A program made the position numbers and the translations under genes. DNA of 64,000 nt from an uncultured Gammaproteobacteria bacterium (GTDB lineage: Bacteria > Pseudomonadota > Gammaproteobacteria > Competibacterales > JAHEDQ01), in assembly GCA_963783675.1 (NCBI GenBank), contig CAWAOU010000010.1, positions 13,050-77,049 of the forward strand, in the 5' to 3' direction. This document shows positions 37,289 to 48,500 of this stretch, in pieces. The notes beneath the pieces are model-generated. The model did no database searches. It was given only the letters and a program-made list of their open reading frames with translations, and had not been told where the DNA came from. Positions within the stretch are counted from its first letter, which is position 1, and the number at the start of each line of letters is the position of its first letter.

Positions 37289-38140
37289 TCAGCGTGGTTG
37301 GGCGTTGGGGAAAAACAACTGCTGGCCATCCAGGGTATAAGCGGCGATGGCCGCCTGCCCCTGGGGACCGATGATCCAGTCGATGAACATCTGTCCTGCC
37401 TCGGCCTTCACGTTTGCATGCCTGGCCGGATTGACCAGAATGACACCGTACTGATTGAACAGCGCGTCGTCACCCTCCACGAGGATGGTGTAATCGCCTT
37501 TGTTTTTAAAGCTGATCCAGGTGCCCCGGTCGGTCATGGTGTAGGCGCCCATGGCCACGGCGGCGTTGAGGGTGGCGCCCATGCCCGAACCGGTCTCGCG
37601 ATACCAGTCGCCACTGGCCGCGGTGGGATCGACATCGGCGGTTTCCCACAGGGCGATCTCTTTCTTGTGGGTTCCTGAGCTGTCACCACGGGAGGCGAAC
37701 TTGGCGCCACTGTCCCCGATCTTCCGCAGCGAGGCGGCCGCATCTCCGGAACCGCCGATCCCGGCCGGGTCCGAGGGCGGCCCGACGATGACAAAATCGT
37801 TGTACATGACATCGAACCGTTCCACACCGTAACCCTCGGTCACAAATGCTTCCTCGGCCGGTTTGGCGTGCACCAGCAATACGTCACCGTCGCCGTTCAT
37901 TGCGTTTTTAATAGCCTGCCCGGTGCCCACAGCCACCACATTGACCTGGATGCCGGTTCGCTCGGTAAAACCCGGCAACAGCGCATCATACAGACCCGAA
38001 TTGGCGGTGGAGGTGGTCGATTGCAGGAAGATGGACTTGTCGGCCGCGAATCCGATGCCGGGCAGCGCCATGATCATCATGGTGGCGGCGCAGATTCGCC
38101 GACGCAGAGTGAATCGGTGCACTGAGGTTCTCCTGTTCAC
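37289..38140 (-). CDS. tupA: Tungstate ABC transporter substrate-binding protein
   Basis: STTSTANSGL (TTTS-type motif), VGTGQA, DVLLVHA, MYNDFVIVGP, SRGDSSGTH.KE. Confidence 0.9.
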   Translation of the reverse strand: MNRRTSVHRFTLRRRICAATMMIMALPGIGFAADKSIFLQSTTSTANSGLYDALLPGFTERTGIQVNVVAVGTGQAIKNAMNGDGDVLLVHAKPAEEAFVTEGYGVERFDVMYNDFVIVGPPSDPAGIGGSGDAAASLRKIGDSGAKFASRGDSSGTHKKEIALWETADVDPTAASGDWYRETGSGMGATLNAAVAMGAYTMTDRGTWISFKNKGDYTILVEGDDALFNQYGVILVNPARHANVKAEAGQMFIDWIIGPQGQAAIAAYTLDGQQLFFPNAQPR

Positions 38141-38152
38141 GGGTCTTTGGGC

Positions 38153-38914
38153 TTAGAAAATGAGACGGCCGTCTATATAGTCCCGGGCTGTGGTCGAAGC
38201 AGGTGCGCGGAAGAACTGTTCGGCTTGGGTGTGTTCAAGCAATCGCCCTGCATGGAGAAACACCACGTCATCGGCCAGACGGCGGGCTTGGCCCATGTCA
38301 TGGGTCACGAAAACGATCTTGGTACCCCGCTGATGGGCACGCTTCACGATGTCTTCGATGGCGTCGGTTGCGGCCGGATCGAGACTGGCGGTGGGCTCAT
38401 CCAGGAACAACACTTGAGGCTCCACGGCCATGGCCCGGGCGAGTGCGAGACGCTGTTGCTCGCCTCCCGACAGCAGCCGGGCCGCCTGCGTTGCCCGGTC
38501 CGCCAGGCCCACCTCAGTCAGCAGCGCATGGCAGCGATCGTCACTTTCCAGGCCCCTCAATTTCAGGGCAAAGCGCAGATTGGCGGCGACCGAACGGCGG
38601 AGCATCACCGGACGCTGAAACACCATGGCCTGCCGTAGCCGCACCGCCTCGGTCATGGTACGCCCACCCCAGGCGAGGGTGCCGCCGGAACAGGGGATCA
38701 TGCCGTGCAGCAGTCGCAGCAGCAGGCTTTTTCCTGCGCCGTTGGGACCGATAATCACGGTCACGGTACCGGCCACGAGGGTGAGATCGATCTCGTGCAT
38801 CAACCGGCGCCCACCGGCATCGAAGGACAAGCCCCGGGCCACGGCGGGCAGCAATGGCCAATGCTCGACCCCCTGCAGTGTGTCGACCAGCACGCCTTCG
38901 TTGGAATCAGACAT
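38153..38914 (-). CDS. tupC: Tungstate ABC transporter ATP-binding protein
   Basis: GPNGAGKS, LSGGEQQRLALARA, DEPTASLDP, in an operon with tupA and tupB. Confidence 0.85.
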   Translation of the reverse strand: MSDSNEGVLVDTLQGVEHWPLLPAVARGLSFDAGGRRLMHEIDLTLVAGTVTVIIGPNGAGKSLLLRLLHGMIPCSGGTLAWGGRTMTEAVRLRQAMVFQRPVMLRRSVAANLRFALKLRGLESDDRCHALLTEVGLADRATQAARLLSGGEQQRLALARAMAVEPQVLFLDEPTASLDPAATDAIEDIVKRAHQRGTKIVFVTHDMGQARRLADDVVFLHAGRLLEHTQAEQFFRAPASTTARDYIDGRLIF

Positions 38915-39614
38915 GGGCCTGCCGGATCGCGGTGCCGCGCAACGCCATCACCATCGTATTCACGGTCAGGGCAAGGGTGATGAGAATCAGCCCCAGGGCC
39001 AGCGCCAGGGCAAGATCGCCCTTCGAGGTTTCCAACGCGATCGCGGTGGTCATGACCCGGGTGAGGTGTTGGATGTTGCCGCCCACGATGATGACCGCCC
39101 CCACCTCCGCGATGGCCCGGCCGAAGCCCGCCAACGCCACGGTGAGGAGACTGTAGCGGGCGTCCCAGAGTAAGGTGAGTATGGCCCGGCCAGGTGGTAC
39201 GCAGAGCGATCGGAACTGCTCCGCATACTCTTCATGAAGTTGCGCCACCACCTCCCGGGTCAGGGCAGCAACAATCGGTGCGATCAGAATCGACTGGGCA
39301 ATAATCATGGCGGTGGGAGTGTAGAGCAGCTGCATCCAACCCAGTGGACCCGCGTTGGACAGCATCAGGTAGACCATCAGCCCCACCACGACGGGCGGCA
39401 GTCCCATCAGTGCATTGAGTATCACGACCAGGGCCATCCGGCCCCGGAATCGGCTCATGGCGACGGCGGCGCCCAGGGGAAGTCCAATCAAACAGGACAG
39501 AGCCACCGCGGTCAGACTGACCCGCAGCGACAACACGACGATTTCCAGCAGGTCCGGATTCGCACTGAACACCAGTCCGAAGGCCAGCCGGAACGCTTCA
39601 CCGAAGTCCTGCAT
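38907..39614 (-). CDS. tupB: Tungstate ABC transporter permease
   Basis: MGLPPVVVGL, GFGRAIAEVGA..IVGGNI...TRVMTTAIALETSKG. Confidence 0.9.
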   Translation of the reverse strand: MQDFGEAFRLAFGLVFSANPDLLEIVVLSLRVSLTAVALSCLIGLPLGAAVAMSRFRGRMALVVILNALMGLPPVVVGLMVYLMLSNAGPLGWMQLLYTPTAMIIAQSILIAPIVAALTREVVAQLHEEYAEQFRSLCVPPGRAILTLLWDARYSLLTVALAGFGRAIAEVGAVIIVGGNIQHLTRVMTTAIALETSKGDLALALALGLILITLALTVNTMVMALRGTAIRQAHV

Positions 39615-39912
39615 GGGAAACGCGAACAACTCTGAACCGTAAAAATATGCATAAGGCTGCATTATTTACCGATAATGCGCAAGAATCGCGGAGAAAATGA
39701 CATTTCGCACCTGACCTGCTGGCCGTGTTGGCACCCGTCTGGAGGGCGTGCCCATACTCGCAGGACTGCGCACGGGCTAGATTTTCCTTATCGGCGGTGA
39801 CCGGGTATCTTTCTGCGGGATGGCGTTGGTTCGGGGATACTCTTGGGTTCAACTGAGCCCTGCTTTACCCTGGGTTGCTGGTCAGGATCGATTGTTCGAC
39901 AGGAGCGTTTCA

Positions 39913-40918
39913 GTGAGCAGGTTTGGAATTGCAGTGGTGGCGACGTCGCTGATACCTTTTGACAGGGCCCGCGACGGCCTCTGATCCGGTGCCAGAGGAG
40001 GACGGATTCTCCGGCTTTATCAACCCGGGCCTGGCCTACACGACGGTCAAGAGCAATACCCTGGCCGGCGATCTGGGCACCAAGCGGATCGATTCCCTGA
40101 CCGCGAGACCCGGCTCACAGAGCTCCACCGGCTTCCGCATGCCGTTCAATGTGGCCTACACCTTTGCCGAACCGAAGATTCAGGTGTTTGCGGGTACCCG
40201 CCTGCTCGATCTGTTGCGGTTCGATTTCGCCACCCAGCTCGGTGTGAAGAAGCAGTTCGAGAACGGCAGCGCCCTGACCGTTGGCTATTTGTTCAGCGCC
40301 TTCCCGGGCAAACTGTGGCAGGACCCCTTCGTGGTGGATCAGAAGCGTAAGAGTACCGACCGCGACAGCTACGGTGTTCGAGTGCGTTATGACCGCATTC
40401 TGGGCAGCAATTTCGAAGCCGAAGTGTCCTACCGAAAAATCGATGTGGACAAGGAAAGCAGCGGAGAGTGGCTTGGCTTGAGCGAATCCCAGCGCAAGCA
40501 GTTGCGGCGTAAAGGCGACCAGACCCGTGTCGAGCTGGCCTACCAGTATGGCATCGGCGAAGGCCGCCATGCTTTTGTGCCGGCCATCAACTACGTGGAT
40601 TATGATCTGGACGGGGACGCCATGGCCAGCAAGGAAATCGGCTTGCAGCTGACCCATTTGTATTTCGGTGATCGTTGGCGCTTCGTGACCAACCTGTTCG
40701 GCGCCCGGAACAACTACGATGCCCGCCATCCGGTGTACGCCAGGACTCGGGACGAGACCGTCTACGGCGCCAGTTTCCAAGCGTTTTATTCACAGCCCTT
40801 CGGCGTCAAGAATCTGTCCGTTGCGGGCCAGTTGTCCGGCTTTATGGGCGACTCGAATATCGACTTCTACGATGTCCAGGCCAGTGTGCTGGGCGCGTCG
40901 GTGCTGTATCGCTTCTGA
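39913..40918 (+). CDS. Outer-membrane beta-barrel protein (DUF2860-like), with apparent +1 frameshift in the signal peptide
   Basis: SD AGGAG (39901) and GTG 39913 start MSRFGIAVVATSLIP in one frame, while the body (…TGPATA/SDP…WQDPF…VLYRF) starts at 39959 in another. C-terminal Y-x-F beta signal. Confidence 0.7.
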
Positions 40919-41020
40919 CCCTGGCGCCGCGCCAGACGTGTTGGCGGGTCGGACGCCTGCCGCAAACCCGTCCCAGGTTGATGGTGGGAACACGGGGGGC
41001 ACGGGGGCACGGGGAGAACT

Positions 41021-42169
41021 TTGAGCAGCCACCCGACCATCGTGACGATTCATCTGGATCGTCTGAGCCGAAATCTCCGGCTTTTGCAGTCGCTGGTCGG
41101 TAAGGGCGCGGTGTGGCCGGCGATCAAGGCCAATGCCTACGGGCACGACGCGGTGATCGTGGCCCGCCATCTGGTGGATCTGGGCTGCGGAACGCTGTGT
41201 GTGGCTCATGCCTCCGAAGCCGAGGCGTTGATCCGGTCCGGGGTGGCCGCGCGTTTTGTTTTGCTGTCCGCCGGGCTTTCTGATCCAGCCGACATGATCG
41301 TCGAGTACGGTCTGGAACCGGTGGTCAGCGAGCTTGCAATCGCCCGGGAAATCGCCCGCGTTGCGGTGGCTCGGAGCCGTCAGGTCTCGATCCACGTAAA
41401 AGTCGATACCGGCATGGGACGGGTCGGTATCCATCCGGATGCGGCGGCTTCGTTTGTAGAAACCTGCCAGGCACTGCCGGGCCTGCGCGTCCGGGGTGTC
41501 ATGAGCCACTTTCCCCGGGCCGACGAGGCGGACAAGGGCTATTCAAAGGAACAAACAGAACGTTTCCGTCGGGTGGTGGCGGGGCTGAATCGGCAGGCCA
41601 TCGACTATGTTCACATGGCGAACAGCGCCGCCATATTCGATCTGCCCGAATCCCACTTCGACGCGGTGCGGCCGGGTATCGCCCTGTACGGGCTCAAACC
41701 GTCATTGACCATGTCCAATCCCCGCGTCGAGGCGCTGCAGCCGGTACTGGAATGGAAGACCCGGATCAGCTTTCTGAAAACCGTGCCCGCCGGCACCGGG
41801 CTGAGTTACGGTCACGCTTTCCCCACAGCCCGTGAGAGCCTGATCGCCACCATTCCCTGTGGTTACGGCGACGGCCTGAGCCGCGCGTTTTCCAACAATC
41901 TGGAGGTCCTGGTGGCGGGGGTGCGTTGCCCGCTGGTTGGGCGGGTCACCATGGACCAAAGCCTCATCGACCTGACCGATGTGAAGGGCAGAGTCGAACT
42001 CGGCGACGAGGTGGTTATCATCGGACGCCAGGGCGATGAGGAGGTGACCGCCGATGAGCTCGCCGCCCGGCTGGGCACCATCAACTACGAAGTGGTGACC
42101 ACTATCTCCGCCCGGGTGCCACGTTTGGTTGCAGCCAGCGACGGCAGCGCACAGGCGATCCGCCGTTGA
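41021..42169 (+). CDS. alr: Alanine racemase
   Basis: AIKANAYGH (PLP Lys), HVKVDTGMGRVG, MSHF, VRPGIALYG, catalytic Tyr in SYG, GYGDG, GRVTMDQ, GTINYE. Confidence 0.93.
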   Translation: MSSHPTIVTIHLDRLSRNLRLLQSLVGKGAVWPAIKANAYGHDAVIVARHLVDLGCGTLCVAHASEAEALIRSGVAARFVLLSAGLSDPADMIVEYGLEPVVSELAIAREIARVAVARSRQVSIHVKVDTGMGRVGIHPDAAASFVETCQALPGLRVRGVMSHFPRADEADKGYSKEQTERFRRVVAGLNRQAIDYVHMANSAAIFDLPESHFDAVRPGIALYGLKPSLTMSNPRVEALQPVLEWKTRISFLKTVPAGTGLSYGHAFPTARESLIATIPCGYGDGLSRAFSNNLEVLVAGVRCPLVGRVTMDQSLIDLTDVKGRVELGDEVVIIGRQGDEEVTADELAARLGTINYEVVTTISARVPRLVAASDGSAQAIRR

Positions 42170-42240
42170 GAGCACGACAAGGCGCAGCGTCAGGACACTG
42201 GTGCAGATCAGCCTGATCCTGTTCTGTTCCGCAGGTGCCC

Positions 42241-42375
42241 AGCAGCGTGTTGAAAAAGCCTCAATCGGAACGATATTGCGTTGAAATCGCCTTTAAAATG
42301 CTCATTTACTGGGTCTAAGCTGCGCTTTCCCCTTCATTTTTGCCTTGCCGTGCACTCGACCGAGCCTTATTCAAC
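42241..42375. mobile_element. Degenerate MITE-like intergenic element
   Basis: Imperfect TIRs gttgaaaaagcctc (42249-42262) and gagccttattcaac (42362-42375), 12/14. AT-richer interior aaaatgctcatttac...taagctgcgcttt. Abuts CTAG at the convergent gene's stop. Confidence 0.5.
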
Positions 42376-44144
42376 TAGTTTGCAGAATTTGACCGGAAAT
42401 CCGCCTGGTCGAGCAGATTAAGAACCCGGTCCGAATCCGGGGCGAATCGATAGGCGCGGCGTAGCCATTTCTCCAGATCGAACCCGGGCCCGTACAGCGT
42501 TAACCACTCGAAGGCGCTTCTGGCCTGTTCGGTCCGACCGAGCGCCATGTAGGTCGCAACCAGATAGGCTTGAATGACCGGATTAATAGGGCCGCCGCGA
42601 TCAAGATTTCGCCCAAAAGCATCCAGGGCCTGTGCGTAGTCACCGGTTTGAAAAGCGATGACACCGAGTATGTTCAAGTGCGGCGTTCGGACGTATAAAG
42701 GATCCAGACGCAGCGCCCGCTTCGCGTACGTCAAGCCCTTGGACGGCTCGCCGTTGAAGCTGAGCAAAACCCCGTGGTAGGCATTGAGGTAGGGGTCGCC
42801 GGGTTGTGCTTCGATTGCCTGGATCGAGGCCCCTAATGCGGCGTCGAAGTCCCGATTGCTCAAGTGCGCAAAAGCCAGGGCGGTGTAAGCAAGTCCGAAG
42901 TTCGGGTCGAGTTCCGTCGCCCTGTTGGCGAGGCTTACGGCTTTTTGGAGATCCGTGTCGGATACGTCGCTGCTGCCCCAGAATGCTCTGAATGCGCCGA
43001 TGTAAGCCGCACCTGCATAGCCCCCGGCAAAGTCCGGCGCCATCTCAATCACCCGTTCAAACGCTCTGGCTGCGACCGCGAGCCGCCCGCTGTCACTGGG
43101 TGGATTGGCCAGGTTCATGGCCTGTTGATAAAGGGTGCGAGCCTCGATGTGCGCCAGAGGCGCCGGGCGGGTCGGCAGACGGTCGGCAGGGAGGAGGTTG
43201 GCCGTCAGGCTTTCCACGACGCTTTGTGACAACTCACCCTGCAGCGACAGTTCGTCACTGAGGTGTCGGTCGAAACGATCGGCCCACAGTTCCCGGTTGG
43301 TCGACAACTCGAGCAAGCGCGCGGTGACACGCAGAGTTGGCGGGGTGCCCCTGATGCTGCCTCGAAGTACGTGGGAAACCTGCAGTTCCTGGGCAAGCTG
43401 ATCGGTATCGGTGTCCTGGCCTCTGAAAGGCAGCACGGATGAAAAGGCGATGACGTCGATGCCCGGAACTCTGGATAGATCGGTGATGATGTCCTCGGTC
43501 AGGCCATCGGCGACACTCGCAGCACGGCCATCCGTGGTCCGGTCCTCGAAGGGCAGTACGGCAATGGCCGGAACACCGGGTGCAACCGTCGGAGCGAAAC
43601 CACTCGGATCCCGCGTGGATTGGGCCAGGTCATGTCGTGGCAAATAAACCATGAGCGCAATCGCAAAAGCGCTTACTGCCGCGACCATGCCAATCAGGAA
43701 TCGAGTACGGGATGGTCCAGCAGGTTCGGATTCGGTGCTCGTGGAAATGCTGGCATCAGGCGGGTTTGGTTCAAAACTGGGGACATACCCCCCTTTGGGA
43801 ACCTCGATGCGGATCGGATCGCCTCGGCCTTCCCCTAGGTAGTACTCGCCCAGTAATCGCCGCAGTCGACTGGCCTCGACCCGGACAATAGTGCTGGCCT
43901 GCGCGTCTTCCGGGTCCTGGCGGTCGAACACCGCCTGGGCAACGGTGAAACCCTTTATACGTCCGGCTCTGCCTTCTAGGGTCTCGGTGACTACATAGCG
44001 CAGAAATGTTTGCAGCCGATGGGAATCGCGGAACAGGCGGCTGCCCAGGATGCGATGGAGTTGAATCAGGATGTGTTCGGGGTCCGCAGCACGGGTCGGA
44101 TCAGAGCTAACAGGAGCACCCGTAGTTTGCGGATTGATCTGCAT
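42375..44144 (-). CDS. Membrane-anchored TolB-like/TPR signalling protein
   Basis: N-terminal L..FL.YVV.ETL.G…IVRVEASRLR…IEVPKGGYVP domain, one TM, AIAVLPF...ADGLTEDIITDLS (TolB-N) and TPRs. Confidence 0.8.
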   Translation of the reverse strand: MQINPQTTGAPVSSDPTRAADPEHILIQLHRILGSRLFRDSHRLQTFLRYVVTETLEGRAGRIKGFTVAQAVFDRQDPEDAQASTIVRVEASRLRRLLGEYYLGEGRGDPIRIEVPKGGYVPSFEPNPPDASISTSTESEPAGPSRTRFLIGMVAAVSAFAIALMVYLPRHDLAQSTRDPSGFAPTVAPGVPAIAVLPFEDRTTDGRAASVADGLTEDIITDLSRVPGIDVIAFSSVLPFRGQDTDTDQLAQELQVSHVLRGSIRGTPPTLRVTARLLELSTNRELWADRFDRHLSDELSLQGELSQSVVESLTANLLPADRLPTRPAPLAHIEARTLYQQAMNLANPPSDSGRLAVAARAFERVIEMAPDFAGGYAGAAYIGAFRAFWGSSDVSDTDLQKAVSLANRATELDPNFGLAYTALAFAHLSNRDFDAALGASIQAIEAQPGDPYLNAYHGVLLSFNGEPSKGLTYAKRALRLDPLYVRTPHLNILGVIAFQTGDYAQALDAFGRNLDRGGPINPVIQAYLVATYMALGRTEQARSAFEWLTLYGPGFDLEKWLRRAYRFAPDSDRVLNLLDQADFRSNSAN

Positions 44145-44373
44145 GTAACCTTTCGTTAAGCGCCGTCTCTCGGTGACTCACTGTCCCCGGTGGCCAACAT
44201 ACTATAAACCGTTGGTGTTCGGTGCGAGTGACGCAAGGGAAGGTGGTGGCATAGCGACGGCCCGATGCCGCCTTACAGGCCGCATGAGCCGGGCGCAGGA
44301 TTGAGCTTCCGGCTGTGGTCATCGTTTGCGCATTTGAATTTCCCCAAAAGCATCTTCTGAGGCGGCTCGGACC

Positions 44374-45513
44374 ATGTCAGCAACACCTAGCAGATTCGAC
44401 TCAGGCTCTCTTTCAGCGTTTACGAACATTGCCGTATTACTGGGTGCGCTTCTGTTGCTTTCGGCCTGTCAACAACAGGAACCCGCCCAAACTGAGGCGG
44501 TGCGGCCGGTTCGGGCCATGAAAGTGGGGGCGCTTGAGGACCTGGCGGGGCGCAGTTTTCCTGGCCGGGCCCGGGCCACTCAGGAGGTCGATCTGTCGTT
44601 TCGAGTTGCGGGTCCACTGATCGAGTTTCCGGTCAGTGTGGGGACCCGGGTTTCCACCGGTGGTTTGATCGCTCGCATCGACCCGAGGGACTTTGAGGTT
44701 CAGCAGCGTCAGGTGGAGGGCGAACTGCAGCGCGCCGTCGCCAATCGGACCCGGGCCAATAGCGAGTACCAACGACTGCTGGGGATACAGAAGCAGGGGA
44801 CCGGGCTGGTGAGCGAGGTCCAAGTGGATCGGGCCAAGGAGGATTACCAGATTGCCGAGGCGAATATCGCCACCTATGAGGCGTCTCTCGATGGCGCGCG
44901 GGACGCGGTTGGCTATACCCATCTCCTGGCACCGTTCGATGGCACTATCGTCGGGACCTTTGTCGAGAATTTCGAGTATGTCCAGGCCCGCCAGCCCATC
45001 GTGCGGCTGCTGGACAACACCCGGATTGAGTTCGAAATCAACGTGCCGGAAACGCTCATTTCCATGGTCCCACAGGTACAGAATCTGAGTGTGCGTTTCG
45101 ACGCTTTTCCGAGCCTGAACCTGTCCGCCGAGATCCTCGAGATCGGAGGGGAAGCGTCGACCACCACGCGGACCTATCCGGTCACCCTGATCATGGATCA
45201 GCCAGAGGGCTCGGAGATCCTGCCCGGGATGGCGGGCACTGCCACGGGCAATGCGCCGGATCGGACGGGCGGAGCCAGCGCGGGGATTGTGGTGCCCATG
45301 ACCTCGGTGTTTTCTCCCGCGGGCGGCGACCAAAGCTTTGTTTGGGTGATCGACCCGAACGCAGGGACGGTCACGCAGAGGCCGGTTACGCTGGGCGGGC
45401 TCAGTACCGGTGGCGTCACGGTACTCGCTGGCTTGGAGTTCGGCGAGGTCATCGCCATCGCCGGGGTGCATTTCCTGGTCGAAGGTCAGTCGGTTCGACC
45501 TGAAATGGAGTGA
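44374..45513 (+). CDS. RND efflux membrane-fusion (periplasmic adaptor) lipoprotein
   Basis: Lipobox LSAC, LSFRVAG, LAPFDG, TRTYPV, LPGM. Confidence 0.92.
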   Translation: MSATPSRFDSGSLSAFTNIAVLLGALLLLSACQQQEPAQTEAVRPVRAMKVGALEDLAGRSFPGRARATQEVDLSFRVAGPLIEFPVSVGTRVSTGGLIARIDPRDFEVQQRQVEGELQRAVANRTRANSEYQRLLGIQKQGTGLVSEVQVDRAKEDYQIAEANIATYEASLDGARDAVGYTHLLAPFDGTIVGTFVENFEYVQARQPIVRLLDNTRIEFEINVPETLISMVPQVQNLSVRFDAFPSLNLSAEILEIGGEASTTTRTYPVTLIMDQPEGSEILPGMAGTATGNAPDRTGGASAGIVVPMTSVFSPAGGDQSFVWVIDPNAGTVTQRPVTLGGLSTGGVTVLAGLEFGEVIAIAGVHFLVEGQSVRPEME

Positions 45514-45570
45514 GGGCATGACCAGGTTATTGCGAGCGCTCGGGTTGAACACCGCTACGGAGGGCGCCCA

Positions 45571-48500
45571 ATGAGCCTTACAGCCACTGCGGTGAACAAC
45601 CGCGCTGTAACCTATTTTGGCGCGGTCCTGCTGATTGTGGGTGGGGTCTTCAGCTTTTTCCAGCTCGGCCAGTTGGAGGATCCCGAGTTCACCGTGAAAA
45701 CAGCGGTCATTACGACCCAGTATCCGGGTGCCAGCCCGCAGGAAGTTGAACTGGAAGTCACCGATCGGATCGAGCTGGCACTGCAGGAGCTCAAGCAGCT
45801 CGACTATGTCTCATCCTATTCCCGGGCCGGACAGTCCATGGTGTCGGTGGAGATCAAGGCGGAGTACTGGCTGGATCAGCTGCCCCAGGTTTGGGACGAG
45901 CTCAGACGCAAAATTCGTGATGTGCAGGCGGAGTTGCCGCCTGGGGTCGGTGTACCGGTCATATCCGATGATTTCGGTGATGTTTTCGGATTTCAATTGG
46001 CGGTGATCGGTGACGGCTTCAGCTATGCCGAAGTGGAACGGTTTGCCAAGGATTTAAAGAAAGAGATCAGCATCGTTGAAGGGGTCGCGCGGGTCGACCT
46101 GTGGGGCGCTCAGGATGAGATCATCTATCTGGATGTGGCCCAGAGCCAGCTGGCCGAGCTGGGCTTGAGCGACGCCAGCCTCGAGAACACCCTGCGGCAG
46201 CAGAACAGGGTCTTGGATGCCGGCAAATTAGACATACAGGCTAAGCGCCTGCGCATTCTGCCCAGCGGTGAGTTTACATCGCCGGCCGATATCGCTGACC
46301 TGGTCATACGCCCATCGGTGTTGGATGAGAAGCAACGAGAGGCAGTTGGGGGGGGTGGTGAACTGACGCGCATTCGCGACATCGGCAGCATACGCCGGGG
46401 CTATCGCGAGCCGCCGTTGACTTTGATGCGGTACAACGGGCGTCCGGCCCTGGGCATTTCCGTCACCAACGTGTCGGGCGCCAATGTGGTGCAGGTCGGC
46501 CAAGCCATCGACCGGCGGCTGGAGGAGTTGACCGCGAATCTGCCGATCGGTCTCGAGGTGCGCCGCGTACACTGGATGTCTGATGTGGTGGCCGAAGCGG
46601 TTGATGCCTTCCTGATCAGCTTTGCGCAGGCCCTGGGCATTGTGTTGGTTGTGCTGACACTGGCCATGGGTTGGCGTATGGGCGTCATCATCGGTGGCGC
46701 GCTCATCGTCACTATCCTGGGCACTTTCATTCTGATGGCTGTTTTCGGCATTGATCTACAGCGGATGTCGCTTGGGGCGTTGATCATTGCCTTGGGCATG
46801 ATGGTGGACAACGCCATTGTGGTGGCAGACGGCATGGCGGTGCGTTTACAACAGGGTATGGAGCGATCACGTGCCGCGGTGGAGGCGGCGAGTCAGCCGG
46901 CGTTGCCACTGCTGGGCGCAACGGTGGTGGCGGTGATGGCGTTTTACCCCATCTTCGCATCGACCGAAGGCGCCGGGGAGTACTGCCGTACCCTGTTCAG
47001 CGTGGTCGCGATCGCACTGCTGGTGAGTTGGGTGGTGTCGGTGACGATGACACCGTTGCAGTGCATCGATTTGTTGCCTGACCCCGCGGCGGGCTCAGCC
47101 CAGGATGATCCTTACGCAAGCGGATTCTACCGTCGGTTCCGTGCTGTCGTAGGTGCTGCGATTCGTCTTCGCTGGCTTACGGTGGTGACCATGATCGCGC
47201 TGCTGGCGATCGCCGTGGTGGGGTTCGGCGGCGTAACAAAACTTTTCTTTCCGGACGCGTCCATGGGCAAGTTCATGATTGATGTGTACGCGCCTGAAGG
47301 GACCCGAATACAGCAGGTGGCGCTGGATCTTGAGCAGGCCGAGTCCAGGTTGCTGGCCGACGAGCGGGTAAATGGCGTCAGTGCTTTTATCGGCGCGGGA
47401 CCCCCGCGATTCTATCTGCCCGTGGACCCGGAGTCGGCGGATCAGGCCTATGCACAACTGCTGGTCAATGTTTCTGATTATCGCGACATTGATGGATTGG
47501 TCGCCGACATCGAACCCTGGCTCGGGGCGCGCCTGCAGGACAGTGTGATCAGCATCCGGAAGTTCGGTGTCGGTCCCAGCAACACATGGAAGTTCGAGGC
47601 CCGTTTCAGTGGCCCGGCGGAGGCGGACCCGGGTGTTCTCAGGGCTATTTCCGCCCAGGCGTCGGCCGTTTTGAAGGCAAGTCCTCTGGCGGGCCCGGTT
47701 CGAACCGACTGGCGCGAACCGACCCTGCTTATGGTGGCGGACTACAGTCAGGAAAGGGGCCGTTGGGCGTCGGTTACCCGCGAAGATATCGCCCTGACCA
47801 CCAAACGGGCTTTCGACGGCCGCGACATTGGTTCCTATCGCGAACGCGACGTACTGCTGCCTATTTTGCTGCGTCACGTGGAGGAGGAACGGCGGAATGT
47901 CTCCGGGATCGATGAGCTTCAGGTGCAACCCGCCATGTCCACCTACTCGGTTCCCCTGTCTCAGGTCACCGACGGCGTAAATCTCTCCTGGGAGGACCCG
48001 ATCATTGGTCGCCGTGACCGGCGACGCACCATTACCGTCGAAGCAAACCCGATCCAGGGGGTGACGCTGCCGACCCTGCTCGCCTCGGTGCGTGAGGCAT
48101 TCGAGGCCATCGAACTTCCCCCGGGGTACACCCTGGAATGGGGTGGCGAGTACGAGGATACATTGGCCGCCCAGGCTTCCCTGCTGCCGGGTATGGTCCC
48201 GGCTGGGGCGGTGGTGATTTTCATCATCGTCGCCCTGTTCAATGCCTACCGCCCCCCCCTTATCATTCTGCTGACCATTCCGTTCGCCCTGATCGGCGTT
48301 GTGGGGGGACTCCTTGCGTTTGATGTACCCTTCGGATTTGTGGCCTTACTCGGGGCCATGAGTCTGTCGGGTATGATGATCAAGAACGCCGTTGTGCTGC
48401 TGGATCAAGTGAACTTGAACCTGACCGGCGGCATGGCGCCGTACCCGGCGATAGTCGAGGCGGCGGTCTCGCGCCTGCGACCGGTGGTGCTGGCGGCGGC

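Noticed and set aside
46348-46355. G8 tract in the RND permease as a phase-variation site
   Set aside because: The tract is short, in frame (Gly run), and the gene is intact.
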